This document shows positions 38,536 to 49,429 of a stretch of 64,000 nt of DNA, piece by piece; the stretch's first letter is position 1; each line of letters begins with the position of its first letter. Below the pieces are notes generated by a model. That model made no database searches and was not told where the DNA came from. It was given only the letters and a program-made list of their open reading frames with translations. The DNA lies in IMG/VR virus record IMGVR_UViG_3300042564_001198, one strand, 5' to 3'. The DNA is from an uncultured virus (IMG/VR IMGVR_UViG_3300042564_001198) (taxonomy: Duplodnaviria; Heunggongvirae; Uroviricota; Caudoviricetes). The position numbers and the translations under genes were made by a program.

Positions 38536-40482
38536 TTAGTTTCCACCATAACCTGCCGATACCAATGAAAGTCTAAAAGCCCCACCTAAGATATTCAAAG
38601 CAGCACCACTGTCTTGGCAAACTTGAACTTTTACTGGCAATCCCCCAGTGTTTACTGGGATCGTTATGGATGTATTCATATTAAATTCATTAGCAGTCAC
38701 CGCTGGAATTCTTACTATAGAGCCTCTCACTACCACACCATTGAGCATTAACCTAATGAAACGAGTTCCTACATTACTACCTGCCCATGTAATACCTGCA
38801 TCTATTGTGTAAATTCCAGATCGAGTTGCACTTAGTTCAGTAGATGCGACCCCAGAAGATGCCCCCATGAAGTCTGTTGTGGAAGTATATTCAAGGTCTG
38901 TCCAAACATTGTTTGGGATAGATTGTGCAGTGCTACGCTGTCTGTCTGCATATCCATTGTTTAGTCCATAGTAGTTTTTAACTATAGCTCCTTGAACATC
39001 ACAGTGAATCGCTTCAATCCATTGTTCACCGTCAGTTGTACCTAATGTGGCGTCACTGAAGAAACCATACTCCATTGCTCCGTCAGCCCCATCTGCTGAA
39101 CAACCCACATACTTAATAGAACGAGGATAATCAGGATAAGTACCTGTGTTAGCCACTCTAAAACCAGCTACGTTAGCAAGTGAGGTCCACACCCCGCCAA
39201 AACCAGTTTGGATAGATTTACATCCTGTATAAGTGATGTTCTGAGTTCTATCAGGCATCACTACGCTAGGTGAGCTAGACACAAAACCTGATTGACCGCA
39301 ACGGTAAGCCACTACCCCAGTGAAGACTCCGTTTTGTACACTGTTAGCGCATTTAGTTCCCCAAGTATAACAGTTGGAAATTATACCTCCAGTCACTTCA
39401 AAGAACTCTGGATTTTGGTCTCCAGTAAGATCAATACCTTGGTCAACATTATCCACCATAGGGTTGCTGATGGAGAATCTCTTTGACCCACCTATAGCAA
39501 TACCCCTAGAAAAACGGTTGAATGATGCTTGACCCGACCAACGGTTCAGCAAGTTCCTGATGCGTGGGTTGATAATAGTAACTCCAGTACCACCCTGTAC
39601 CCATAAACCGTGAATAGAGTCATCTGTAATTGCAGCAGACACATTAGTACCTCCGGCAATATCGTGAACAAAGATACTTTTGATTACTGCATTATCACAA
39701 CGAATAACAGCAATACCAGAACCAAAGTCATTACCAAATACTTCTACATCTTCAAGATTGACGTCAGGACAGTCATTCACCCAAACTCCAGCAGCATCAG
39801 TTAATGAGCCGCTAGAGCCGTCCCCGTTTCTATCTACAGTAACATCTTTAAGGTGAAATTTAGTACCAGATGCTTGGAATAATGTTCTACGGCTTACACT
39901 AGCGGGGGTTAATTGTTTTAGTTTAATACTTTCTAACCAAACCCAAGTCGGAGTTGTGATGTTTCCGCTAACTCCATACCAGATACCTTTAGTACCTGAT
40001 ACCATACATTGTAAACTAGCTGCCACATTTAATGTCTTTGTGATAGCTGCTGCGTTATTAATTGCATTGCTCTGCACAGCACCAGCCATCTCTACATTCA
40101 AACTCTCACCACGAATACGTACAAATACCCCTGTACCAGAACCAGTCCAGTCTAGTAGTGTAGGTAAATCAGCTTGAGTACCATCCCAAGCTAATATTGA
40201 TTCTGGAGAATAGTGTGTAATCCCGTTATGTAGTGCTTTATTTGCGGTAGGATTCCATACAAATAAACCACCGCCACTTGGGGTAGAGGTAAGTGCGGCC
40301 CAACCATCGTAGAAAGATATAACTTTATACACAGTGTTAGTCTGTGCATTTGCCGCCGTAGGCAGTGCTTTCAAATGCGATACGTGTGTATCAATTAACT
40401 GGTTAACTGAGGCCGCGAGTTGTGGGCCTGATGTATTTAATGGATCACCAACCACACCAGCATATAATTTTGTAATACTCAT
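38536..40482 (-). CDS. Tailspike / beta-helix depolymerase-like receptor-binding protein
   Basis: GGGLFVW head module, VEMAGA, parallel beta-helix-type repeats, C1q-like C-terminus. Confidence 0.8.
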   Translation of the reverse strand: MSITKLYAGVVGDPLNTSGPQLAASVNQLIDTHVSHLKALPTAANAQTNTVYKVISFYDGWAALTSTPSGGGLFVWNPTANKALHNGITHYSPESILAWDGTQADLPTLLDWTGSGTGVFVRIRGESLNVEMAGAVQSNAINNAAAITKTLNVAASLQCMVSGTKGIWYGVSGNITTPTWVWLESIKLKQLTPASVSRRTLFQASGTKFHLKDVTVDRNGDGSSGSLTDAAGVWVNDCPDVNLEDVEVFGNDFGSGIAVIRCDNAVIKSIFVHDIAGGTNVSAAITDDSIHGLWVQGGTGVTIINPRIRNLLNRWSGQASFNRFSRGIAIGGSKRFSISNPMVDNVDQGIDLTGDQNPEFFEVTGGIISNCYTWGTKCANSVQNGVFTGVVAYRCGQSGFVSSSPSVVMPDRTQNITYTGCKSIQTGFGGVWTSLANVAGFRVANTGTYPDYPRSIKYVGCSADGADGAMEYGFFSDATLGTTDGEQWIEAIHCDVQGAIVKNYYGLNNGYADRQRSTAQSIPNNVWTDLEYTSTTDFMGASSGVASTELSATRSGIYTIDAGITWAGSNVGTRFIRLMLNGVVVRGSIVRIPAVTANEFNMNTSITIPVNTGGLPVKVQVCQDSGAALNILGGAFRLSLVSAGYGGN

Positions 40483-40494
40483 TTCTTTCCTCTG

Positions 40495-41112
40495 TTATGG
40501 TTGGTACAATATGGTATCTTCTGATAATTGTCCTGTAGAGACTAAATACCCACCAACTATTAGATCTGTATAAACCGGATTGCTTTCAAACAACACTTGC
40601 TGTGTGTAGGCAGCACCGGAATAAGATTGTGCTGTATCAATTTCCATTGTATTACCGAACACTAAATCTACAGCAGCGGGTATTGTTTTACGGATAGTTG
40701 TTGCCTTGGAAACATACTCTGCTCCAAGAATCTCTAACACAACAGCAGCAGGATATTGCTCAGAATACTTAATTGTTGTTGCTCCAGTAATTTGTTTGGC
40801 GGCAGCAATAACTTCTTCTGGCGTACCCGATGAATTGTTTATGAATACTTTAGTGAGAATAGCACTTCTATACTCTTCATCAGTTCTACTCTGTCGAGCT
40901 TCTTGTACTTCTTTCCCGATAACATCTAAAGCGTAGCCATACGCTGTATCAATACCGAGGGATTCAAGTAAAGTGAAGTATTCATTCTCTACGTTCTGTA
41001 TTTGTGTATGGAATACTTCAACTACTTTCTGAATGTTAGGACTATTTCTAAATTGATAGAGGAGCAAAGCTTTCGCTTGCTCCACATGATTTGTTATCTT
41101 AACTGGGTACAT
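40495..41112 (-). CDS. Baseplate protein (DUF2612-like)
   Basis: LL.QF, IDTAYG..LDVIG, DEEYR, NNSSGT. Confidence 0.8.
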   Translation of the reverse strand: MYPVKITNHVEQAKALLLYQFRNSPNIQKVVEVFHTQIQNVENEYFTLLESLGIDTAYGYALDVIGKEVQEARQSRTDEEYRSAILTKVFINNSSGTPEEVIAAAKQITGATTIKYSEQYPAAVVLEILGAEYVSKATTIRKTIPAAVDLVFGNTMEIDTAQSYSGAAYTQQVLFESNPVYTDLIVGGYLVSTGQLSEDTILYQP

Positions 41113-41116
41113 GATA

Positions 41117-42532
41117 TTACCCCGCAATTACTGTGATACGACTAATATCAAATACAGCTTCATCCTTTCTACCAATAGTAGTAATGCCGCTAGACAATAC
41201 AGGGGTATCAGTGGGAGTTAATGTCTTACCAGCAGTGACAGCGAGGTTACTGATACCACTTACTTTAGAATAGATAGCACCCATAATACGTTGAGGGATT
41301 ACATCTTCATTCAATCCTAATGAGTCACCATAAGATTTCACTGCGTTAGCAATCTGCACAGCACCATCTGACGGGAATAATTCTTCGCTGTATAGTTGAT
41401 ATTCCACACGAACATGAATATACTGGTCAACAGGACGGGAGTAGAAGATTGTTTGTGTTTGGTTTTGGCTATCAACAATGTTTGTGGATGTATTACCGAA
41501 AGGTTGAATACCCGCCGGTTTAGTGTTCCATACCGTATTAGCTACAGCTAAGTCACTACCACCTTTAACGGTACATTCAATACTCTTAGCTGGTAAACCG
41601 TTTGAGTTTGTTGTGTTCGTCCAGTTTTCTTCTACTACCGCACTCACTACACCTTCAGTAGACGATAGTGCTGCGAAGATAGCATTCACTGTAGCTTTAC
41701 CTTGCCCGCCAACACTACCATAGAAACGGCTACGTAGTTCAGCGTCAGTTTCTTCAGCTCTACCTGTCACCCACTTCTGATTGTTGGTTACAACAATAGA
41801 TGGTAACGTGGTGACTAAGTAGTTTAATGTGTTTGCTTCATAGTCTTCTGTATTAGCAATCAGCGCTTCAGAAGCAACAGAATTTGTTACATTGAAGATA
41901 GCTAAGTTTGTTGATACAGACACAGAGAAATCTGTTTGACTTGTTAACTGAAGTCTGTTAGCATTATTACTTACTGAGATTGTAGTCAGAGATGACAATA
42001 CTGTTTGAAACAGAGAAATTATTTCAGCTTCTGTTGCTGTAGCATCTGAGATAACAGAATAAACTACGCCATTGACGGACAAAGAATATGTGAAGTTATT
42101 AGCTACGGTGATGTTGATGTTCACAGCTTTCAGTGTAGCACTATTCAATGTCAGTTGAGCTAATGTCTGGACAACATTACCGGCTAAATCTTTTACTTGT
42201 GTACCTGAGTTGATGTTAGCACCTAACGTACCAGTGAACTCTAATGTACCATAAGCTTTCACAGCTTGTAAGCGAGTCATTCTTGCTCTACGAACAATAC
42301 GTTCTAATGCAACACCTGTAGCTGTATCAGGATCGCCAGCACTCCATTGTGCTGCTGCTAATTCATAAAGTTCTGATACTTTCAAGCACCAGATTCTATT
42401 TAAAATACCAATGAGTGAGTCATCACTCATATCAAAATTAGGATTACCCGTTGCTGTAATGAAATCACTTTGCACTTCTGCAATAATGTCTTGATAACGC
42501 TTCAGGTCATACCCAGTTGTTGTAATTGACAA
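41117..42532 (-). CDS. Baseplate J-like wedge protein
   Basis: ATGVALE, G.AEETDAELRSR, KPAGI..FG. Confidence 0.9.
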   Translation of the reverse strand: MSITTTGYDLKRYQDIIAEVQSDFITATGNPNFDMSDDSLIGILNRIWCLKVSELYELAAAQWSAGDPDTATGVALERIVRRARMTRLQAVKAYGTLEFTGTLGANINSGTQVKDLAGNVVQTLAQLTLNSATLKAVNINITVANNFTYSLSVNGVVYSVISDATATEAEIISLFQTVLSSLTTISVSNNANRLQLTSQTDFSVSVSTNLAIFNVTNSVASEALIANTEDYEANTLNYLVTTLPSIVVTNNQKWVTGRAEETDAELRSRFYGSVGGQGKATVNAIFAALSSTEGVVSAVVEENWTNTTNSNGLPAKSIECTVKGGSDLAVANTVWNTKPAGIQPFGNTSTNIVDSQNQTQTIFYSRPVDQYIHVRVEYQLYSEELFPSDGAVQIANAVKSYGDSLGLNEDVIPQRIMGAIYSKVSGISNLAVTAGKTLTPTDTPVLSSGITTIGRKDEAVFDISRITVIAG

Positions 42533-42542
42533 TCTCTTATCC

Positions 42543-42902
42543 TCACAGTAATTCTATTGGCTGGATATTGAATTGGAATGTAACACCCTCGTCTGTGGTT
42601 GCTACAAAAGAAGCTGTATATACACCAGTGCTATCCAGAATAGATTCATAAGCATCAAGTGTCAGGACACCAACAGTGTCTGTGATTTCATCAATGAATA
42701 TTGTATCAACTACTTCTTTCTGCGTCTTACCCAGAACAGTCCCAAAGTAATCAATACCGAGCGTTGTATCTTTGAAGTATTCACCACGATAACGTAATAA
42801 GCGAATCTTAATCTTCTGAGCTACAGACATGGAGTTGTCAGTCGTCAATACAAAATCATTCCAGTCTATATCGTGTGCTGATGTTAATTTAATGTCTGCC
42901 AT
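42543..42902 (-). CDS. Baseplate wedge / sheath initiator protein
   Basis: Q..KIRL....GEYF.DT..GIDY. Confidence 0.75.
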   Translation of the reverse strand: MADIKLTSAHDIDWNDFVLTTDNSMSVAQKIKIRLLRYRGEYFKDTTLGIDYFGTVLGKTQKEVVDTIFIDEITDTVGVLTLDAYESILDSTGVYTASFVATTDEGVTFQFNIQPIELL

Positions 42903-42911
42903 TATAGACCC

Positions 42912-43103
42912 TTAGATGATGGGCCACTGCCCTGCTGAGCTACCGCCAGTAACATTTGCTTTGGCGTTATCTTTGATGTGATTAACAATAGCGGAGGCTA
43001 AAGCGTCAATAACGGAATCATTTGTGATTTCTCCATTATCAACATCAATAGCATTTACTGCGGATTTGATTGCAGCAGCAAGAGATGAAGCACTCATTGC
43101 CAT
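42912..43103 (-). CDS. Small spike-associated protein
   Basis: 63 aa after the spike gene. Confidence 0.6.
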   Translation of the reverse strand: MAMSASSLAAAIKSAVNAIDVDNGEITNDSVIDALASAIVNHIKDNAKANVTGGSSAGQWPII

Positions 43104-43150
43104 TCTAAGTCTCCTAATATATTAAAGCCATTGGCTTATTTTGTCAACAG

Positions 43151-43795
43151 CTATTTTTTAAATGTGTCAAGCTTGGCCTTCAGTTGCATTATCTGTGCTT
43201 TACTGTTTAAAGGTGTAGGGCCGAATATAGTGTTGACTGTGGTGTTAGCTATTGTGTCAACAATGTCACTGAGTAAAGCAACCAGTTCTTCTTGGTCATT
43301 GTACACAGAATATTTAGACTTACTATGTATCTCTACATTACCATCTTCTTTCAGTACCAGCTTATTGTCTTTAAACTTAAGAACAACATCTTTCTTGTCT
43401 GGTTGTAAATGACTATTCTTTGTGTACAATCCAACAATAGCAACAGCATCACTCATGTCGTGCATACGTTGCGTTGGTTCAGTAACAGAGCCACCATCAC
43501 CTTCCAACCATTCTTCAATGTTACGCATTGAGAACTCAATCCAAACTGTATCACCAATCTGAATTGGAAATGATAATAACCCTCCACCAGCAGAAGGGTT
43601 AATCACGGGAACATTGAATATCTCAGGACATTCACTCACTTGTCCATCAGAATGCTGCATGTCAATTGTAGGACGAACAGAAATAATATTTTTACTTTCG
43701 TATTCAGAATTGTCAGTTACAATAGCTGGAAGTCCAGTGAAGATTTGTGACTGCAATGATTCCAAATGACTTTTCATAAAAGCTTTTAAGCTCAT
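43151..43795 (-). CDS. Baseplate central spike (Gp138-like)
   Basis: NVPV..P..GG...FPI..GD....FS.R.I..W...RMHDMSDA. Confidence 0.85.
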   Translation of the reverse strand: MSLKAFMKSHLESLQSQIFTGLPAIVTDNSEYESKNIISVRPTIDMQHSDGQVSECPEIFNVPVINPSAGGGLLSFPIQIGDTVWIEFSMRNIEEWLEGDGGSVTEPTQRMHDMSDAVAIVGLYTKNSHLQPDKKDVVLKFKDNKLVLKEDGNVEIHSKSKYSVYNDQEELVALLSDIVDTIANTTVNTIFGPTPLNSKAQIMQLKAKLDTFKK

Positions 43796-44874
43796 GCTAT
43801 CTCCAATACTACTTCACTATCCCAACCACCGCCATCTAAATAAGATAGTCGTGTATCAACTGAAATTACTTTATATAAACCTTTGTATTGACCTTGTGTG
43901 ATTCTGATAAGCTGACCTATCTTAATACGATGGTCTAAGAATGTTACCAACTTGAATCGTGCAGGAGTTTCAACTGAAGGAACCTCTTGCTTTGATTCTT
44001 GTTCTGGTTCCATTGACTTCATCAGGTCAGCATTAATATCATACTGCACAGTGAACTTATTGAATGTACGAGGATGAATGTATAGCTCGTTTAGTGTGAT
44101 GTACCAATTGTACGCAAATTGCTCACATACTTTGTCCAACAACTGAGAAGATAATCCTTGGAAACTATAACCACCTTTAGCTACAGTTTCTTCAGGGGAC
44201 GGTAACGAATCTAAGTTCTTAGCTTTTGTTTCCAGAAAGCCAGTGGCAATCCCTTGCTCTTTCATTGCGCCAGCAATATCCGTAAGTATTTGAGAATACT
44301 TTGTATTTGGAGGCCAAGCAAAAGATACTCTCGAAGTCTTTAATTGCACGTTACTATCTACACACTGTATCTCAGTGACAATATCCGTACCTTGTTTTCT
44401 ACTGAAAGCTCTTTGAGATGTTCCAGTGAATACGATACCAACATCTTCACCGTACCCAGCTTCAAGGATTACGTAAGCATTCTTTCTTTCAAGTTTAGCT
44501 CTTGTTTCTTTTGAAGCGTTGTATACTCTGATAACTGATGTAGATACGTCACCTTCTTTAGCTGCACTATTAATCTCAGCAGTCATGTGTAAGTTGGTGA
44601 TCATTACGCTATCACCACCGGATGTTGTCTTCGTCTGATTGGCAGTGTCTGTAGAAACGCCTACAAGGTTCCCTGTTGCATTATCTTGTTGTAAGAATAC
44701 GGTAGGGTGGTATGTCTGCTGTAAAGCGCTCAGAGGGCTTCCTGAAGCGTTTGGTGAGGCTTTCCATGCTGTAGAATAGCCTTGTTTAATATTCGCTGGT
44801 GCAGACCCACCCGTATACGTAACTTTTTGTTCAATTACACTCAATCGGTAACTGCGGTCAAACACCAGTGACAT
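43792..44874 (-). CDS. Baseplate hub protein
   Basis: IRVYN...ILEAGY...FTG...GTDI.T.I. Confidence 0.8.
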   Translation of the reverse strand: MSLVFDRSYRLSVIEQKVTYTGGSAPANIKQGYSTAWKASPNASGSPLSALQQTYHPTVFLQQDNATGNLVGVSTDTANQTKTTSGGDSVMITNLHMTAEINSAAKEGDVSTSVIRVYNASKETRAKLERKNAYVILEAGYGEDVGIVFTGTSQRAFSRKQGTDIVTEIQCVDSNVQLKTSRVSFAWPPNTKYSQILTDIAGAMKEQGIATGFLETKAKNLDSLPSPEETVAKGGYSFQGLSSQLLDKVCEQFAYNWYITLNELYIHPRTFNKFTVQYDINADLMKSMEPEQESKQEVPSVETPARFKLVTFLDHRIKIGQLIRITQGQYKGLYKVISVDTRLSYLDGGGWDSEVVLEIA

Positions 44875-45209
44875 TAGAACACTCCTGCTTCTTCTGCGTT
44901 AGTGAGATAAACAAACTCATACTTCAAACCCTGTCCAAAGTTATTACGTCCAAGGTCTTCAATACTATCTGTATTATTCACAATATAGATATTACCACCC
45001 AGAGGGTTATTAGATAGCTTACTTGTAGCACATACACCAAAACAAAGTTTAACACCATCCATTAACGTATTCTTGTTCACATCAAGTAAACTAAAATACC
45101 AAGAGGATTCTCTTGTGTTCCATTTCATTACGGAGTAGAGGATTTGATTGTTCAAGCTGATACGTGTTTCAGAATAAGCGTCTGTTGGAACAAATATAGA
45201 TAAAGCCAT
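44874..45209 (-). CDS. Baseplate protein
   Basis: KWNTRESSWY, LGRNNFG; position. Confidence 0.7.
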   Translation of the reverse strand: MALSIFVPTDAYSETRISLNNQILYSVMKWNTRESSWYFSLLDVNKNTLMDGVKLCFGVCATSKLSNNPLGGNIYIVNNTDSIEDLGRNNFGQGLKYEFVYLTNAEEAGVF

Positions 45210-45844
45210 TAACCTGCTCCTGTGATACCATCAGGTAATCTCGCACCACCCAACCACTTATTAATTTGTTCTTCAGGTAATACCGCATCCGCACCGGCCC
45301 GAAATAAACTTTCAGGTTTAGTATTAGACTTACTACCGCTGTCTTTCTTTCCAGCAAGTGCATCAGCTTTAGCTTTTTCTGCGTTTACTGTATCATCAGA
45401 AGATTCCCCAGCTACTTCAACTAAAGAAGCTTTAGCTTTGTCTACGATACGTACTTGTTCAATTGACATATTAATACGCCAACTCCCAAGCCCTTCAACA
45501 ACACCTTTCTGTCCACTGAAGTCTGTAAACAAACAGTTCTTGTATGGAGATAAACGGTTGTCTAAGAACACCGTAAATAGTTCACGAGATTTACGTAAAG
45601 TATCTAAACCTTGAATGTAATCTTTGATACCTTTCTGTGGAGAGTTCTTAGTGAGATTGACAACTTCAGTGATCACACCAGATAATGTAAACGTAGAATT
45701 TTCAACAACAGAATGATCTGTAATAGAAGCCCCCGATTCAACGGGGAACTTCGTATTAGTATTTCTATGTTGAAACCCTACATCAGTGGTGGCTGTCAAT
45801 TCAAAGACATCACCAGCTTTTGTTTTGATGTAGAATACAGCCAT
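45209..45844 (-). CDS. Tail tube initiator / Dit-like protein
   Basis: TKFPVESGASITDH...LSGVI. Confidence 0.75.
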   Translation of the reverse strand: MAVFYIKTKAGDVFELTATTDVGFQHRNTNTKFPVESGASITDHSVVENSTFTLSGVITEVVNLTKNSPQKGIKDYIQGLDTLRKSRELFTVFLDNRLSPYKNCLFTDFSGQKGVVEGLGSWRINMSIEQVRIVDKAKASLVEVAGESSDDTVNAEKAKADALAGKKDSGSKSNTKPESLFRAGADAVLPEEQINKWLGGARLPDGITGAG

Positions 45845-46873
45845 TACCTTACTCCAACAGATTGCATGCCAGTCATACGCTCTAATTCCTTCTTCACACT
45901 TTCACCAGCTTTTTCTGGGTCAGGTGAATTGATTGTGATACTGATATTACCACCAACAGTATTTTGTGAATACCAAGATGTAAAGTCTTTCAATCCAGCC
46001 ATAGTATAATCGAAGGATGTTTTAGCAAAACCTTCCAGTGCCGAAAGTATTACTGAACCGTGTTCTGTCTGAGAAGCAACGGGCATATTCTTAGCGATGT
46101 CTTGCCCAAATTGAGCTAATGGCCCTACTGTGAAATCACCGCCAACAAGTTTAGCGTCTTCAGCACTACCCATACCCATCATCATTCGTCGTTGGGCGTG
46201 TACTTTCTTACTCTTTTCTTCAGACCAACCCTTATCATCAAACAAACCAACTACATCATCATCAAAGTATGCTCTGATTTCATCAAGTACACCTACGATT
46301 GTAGTCAGAATAACGAGAGGTGTTTTGAAAGCAGCAGCCATCACTAAACCTAAATTCTTCATATTAGTAATCAGAATAGGCATAGCCACTATTAAAGCCG
46401 CCAGAGGGTTATCAACAAACCATCCTATTGCCTGACCTACCGTTTCTACAGAACGTAAGAAAGAAGCAAACCATTGTGTAGCACCTCTCACTACAACTGA
46501 CAGTACATCAAACACTTTCTTGTATATTCTGCCAAGACGCTGTAGTGTATCTTCATTATTGTTAACCAGATCAGTTATTGTTTTGAAGAAGTTTTTCAGA
46601 CCTTCAGTAAAACCACCTTTATCTAAGTTCTCAGCAGCAGTTACAGAGAAAGCTGCTTTCATTCTGTTCTCTACAATACCAAGCTTATCAAGAGATTTAG
46701 TATAAGCGTCATTGACGTTTACCAACTTCTCCATTTGTAATACGAACGGAAGAATATATTCGGCACCAAGTTGTCCTTGCTCCATCATTTTAAACAACTC
46801 TTTAGCTGTTTTACCTGTGGATTTTTCTAAGGCTCTCATTGCTATTGGTAATCTGTCGCCTAGCTGTTCTTTA
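45844..46873 (-). CDS. Tape measure protein, exon 2
   Basis: Begins (T)-KEQLGDRLPIAMRAL...LFKMMEQGQL. Confidence 0.9.
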
Positions 46874-47030
46874 CATTATGTTCAGGAAGGGTCGTTAACC
46901 CTTCCCCGCTTTATTCAAGCTGCTTACAGTCTCCTGTAAGATCAGACCATATCTTCACCTTCAACTTAATGTTAAGGGTTCCCCATTTCGACTCACTTGA
47001 GTCTACGTCTTTCGACTGGCCGTTGAACGT

Positions 47031-47735
47031 TCAGAAAAATTCATCAGAAATGTTTTTATAACGAATCTTATATCTAATTCGTTTTATCTCTATCGTACTG
47101 AGCTTGTCATTGCTACTGAGTTTCGCAATTTCTTTATCACCCAATCCGTCTAAAATTCTATAACAAACCCACTTGACAGTATTCACAGAGAAGTCATTGG
47201 GATAGTTATGTTCTATTTTGTAAAGCTGCCTTATGTGGAAGTAACAGTCGCCGGCACGTATCAATCTTATAACACCTTTGGATGTGTTAACTTCCTTAGC
47301 TATATCACAGATTCTGTGTCCGTTGACAAGCATTTGACAAACTTTATGTACAGCGTCTTCAGTTAGACTCGCATTGTATAAGTCTGAGCCTTTACCTTTA
47401 AGTCCTGTAGAAACTGCGTGTCGTTGATTTTGACTGGCTGTTACCCACTCAAGGTTTTCAACGTTATTGTTTAAAGAGTTACCGTCTTTGTGGTTGACTT
47501 GCAGCTTTTTGTCTGGACAACCTTGCCATGCTTCAAGAACTAATCTGTGTACTTTTCTATTGTACACGACACCTTCTACGGACAATCTCACATAACAACT
47601 AGGATAATTATTTATCACCTTAATTGATTGTGCGATCTCTTTGTTTCTTTTTATATTAAAAACTTTACCACAAGCACTTACTGCATAATTTGGGTAATCT
47701 TTCAATACTATAACTTTTATCTTATTTACAAACAT
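47031..47735 (-). CDS. Intron-encoded NUMOD4-HNH homing endonuclease
   Basis: YPNYAVS..GKV, KVHRLV, VNHKDGNSLNNNVENLEWVT..QN..HA; AGGAG RBS. Confidence 0.92.
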   Translation of the reverse strand: MFVNKIKVIVLKDYPNYAVSACGKVFNIKRNKEIAQSIKVINNYPSCYVRLSVEGVVYNRKVHRLVLEAWQGCPDKKLQVNHKDGNSLNNNVENLEWVTASQNQRHAVSTGLKGKGSDLYNASLTEDAVHKVCQMLVNGHRICDIAKEVNTSKGVIRLIRAGDCYFHIRQLYKIEHNYPNDFSVNTVKWVCYRILDGLGDKEIAKLSSNDKLSTIEIKRIRYKIRYKNISDEFF

Positions 47736-47836
47736 TTCTGCTCCTACTGATTTTCAGAGAATTTTCTGCTTCGCTGCGGATTGTCTCTATTGTTGACGTT
47801 TTTACCATCACAAACACATTACTGTTTGCTTTGTAT

Positions 47837-47864
47837 ATTATACACGGTAGTCAACACCTGTCAA
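47837..47864 (-). promoter_or_regulatory. Consensus sigma70 promoter inside the intron, upstream of the HNH ORF
   Basis: TTGACA-N16-TATAAT. Confidence 0.6.
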
Positions 47865-47927
47865 GATTTCCCCGCAATTAAAGGAATATATTTTTCTGCA
47901 CATTTCTATGCAGCGAACCTAATTTTA

Positions 47928-49429
47928 AGTTCCTGAGCCATTACTTGTTGTTTAGAGAACATTTGTGCTACAGCTTTTACTGTACCAGCCATATCATCTT
48001 GTGACAACTGAAGAATAATACCAGACTTAGTTAATGATTCAAATGCTTGCTTAGTTTGGTCAAGAGAATATTTATCTTGCATTGCAGCACGAAGTTTAAC
48101 AAAGTCTTTAGTCGTATCTTTTAACGACAAACCATTTTGTACAATAACATCTTTCAGATAACCTACTGTAGCGGCAGCTTGCTCAGAATTATCTGACACA
48201 GCTAATACAGAAGCATTCATTGAATCTAATGCTTTAATCTGTTCTTTGAAATACGTAGTACCTGCAAACAAAGCATACAAACTAGCATACTCTCGCACCA
48301 TATTGCGTGTAGAGTCCTGTAAGCTACTCATTGCAGCAGCAGCACCCATACTATGCCTACGCTGTTTCTCAAGCTCGTGGTTCATCCTAGACAGTTCTTT
48401 CGTCACTGTTCTAAGCTGATCTATATTACCTGATGCAATAGCTGCATCAATCTTAGCACCACCAAGAGGACGATAGCGTTCTACATCTCTTGCTGCGCGA
48501 ACAAATGCGTCAGCACCTTTCTGTGTGGTTTGTTTCTGAGCGCCTTGTACTAACATCGACTGTTGTTGAGAAGTGTAGTTCTGAAAACCACCACCCTTCT
48601 TGATAGCGTTGAATGTGTTGTTAGTAGCAGAACCTGTTGGTGCTGTCAGCAATGTAGCTACACGAGCATTAGATTCTTTCAAATCTCTATTCAGTTTAAT
48701 TACAGTAGCACGAATGGATTTAATCTTTTCTAATGAACCACCACGAGCAGCTTGTCTTGCTGACAATAGAGCTTGTAATGCGTGTTGTCTTCCTTCGGGT
48801 CCACTAGACTTCAGATCACGGAAAGCTTGTAGGTTAGTGAGAGTACCTAGTGACCTGCGTTTACGTAATCGTTCGTTTGCAATACCTAAAGCCGACTGGT
48901 CAGATTGCATCTTACGATAGTAATTGCCCATAGCTTTAAGCTGAGGGTTCTGTTCATTATTCAATAATCCACGAACAGCTTGTTGTCTCTTTGCTGATTC
49001 TATAAAAGATTGTGATGGATTCTGTGCTGGTTTGGCTTTATTGTTTAAACGATACAACGCTTCTTGTCGTTCAATCGCTTTCTTCTGTGTCTTCTGTAAA
49101 GCTTTTTCAACAAGATTGAAGTCTCTAGCTTTTTGTTTAGCTAGTTTTTCTTGCAGTTTAATTTGAGCTTTGACATGACTATCCTGTAACGCAATAGATT
49201 GTTTTACAGTTTTCTTTTCAATGTCTTCTTTTTTCTTAGCTGTTGTTTCAGCAACTTTTACAGCGTTATCGGATATTTGCTTCTCAGCTTTTAATCCGTT
49301 TTTAACACGTTTAGCATCTACTCCAACAGCCAACTTTTCTAACGATTTGTGTAAATCTTGAATTTGAGATTTGACTTTTGATGTATCAAATCCCAAGCTG
49401 ACAATAAAATCTTCAATTGGGCTGGACAT
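47928..49429 (-). CDS. Tape measure protein, exon 1
   Basis: IEDFIVSLGFD start, helical; ends AVAQMFSKQQVMAQE(CT). Confidence 0.9.

Larger units (their letters stand above)
46874..47927 (-). mobile_element. Group I intron (1054 nt) with HNH homing endonuclease, in the tape measure gene
   Basis: P1 GAACU/GGUUC with U.G; P AAUUGCGGGGAA, Q CAAUCCGCAGC, R AACGGCCA, S AAGAUAUGGUCU; terminal G; splicing restores MAQEL|KEQLGDRLP, 843 aa. Confidence 0.93.
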
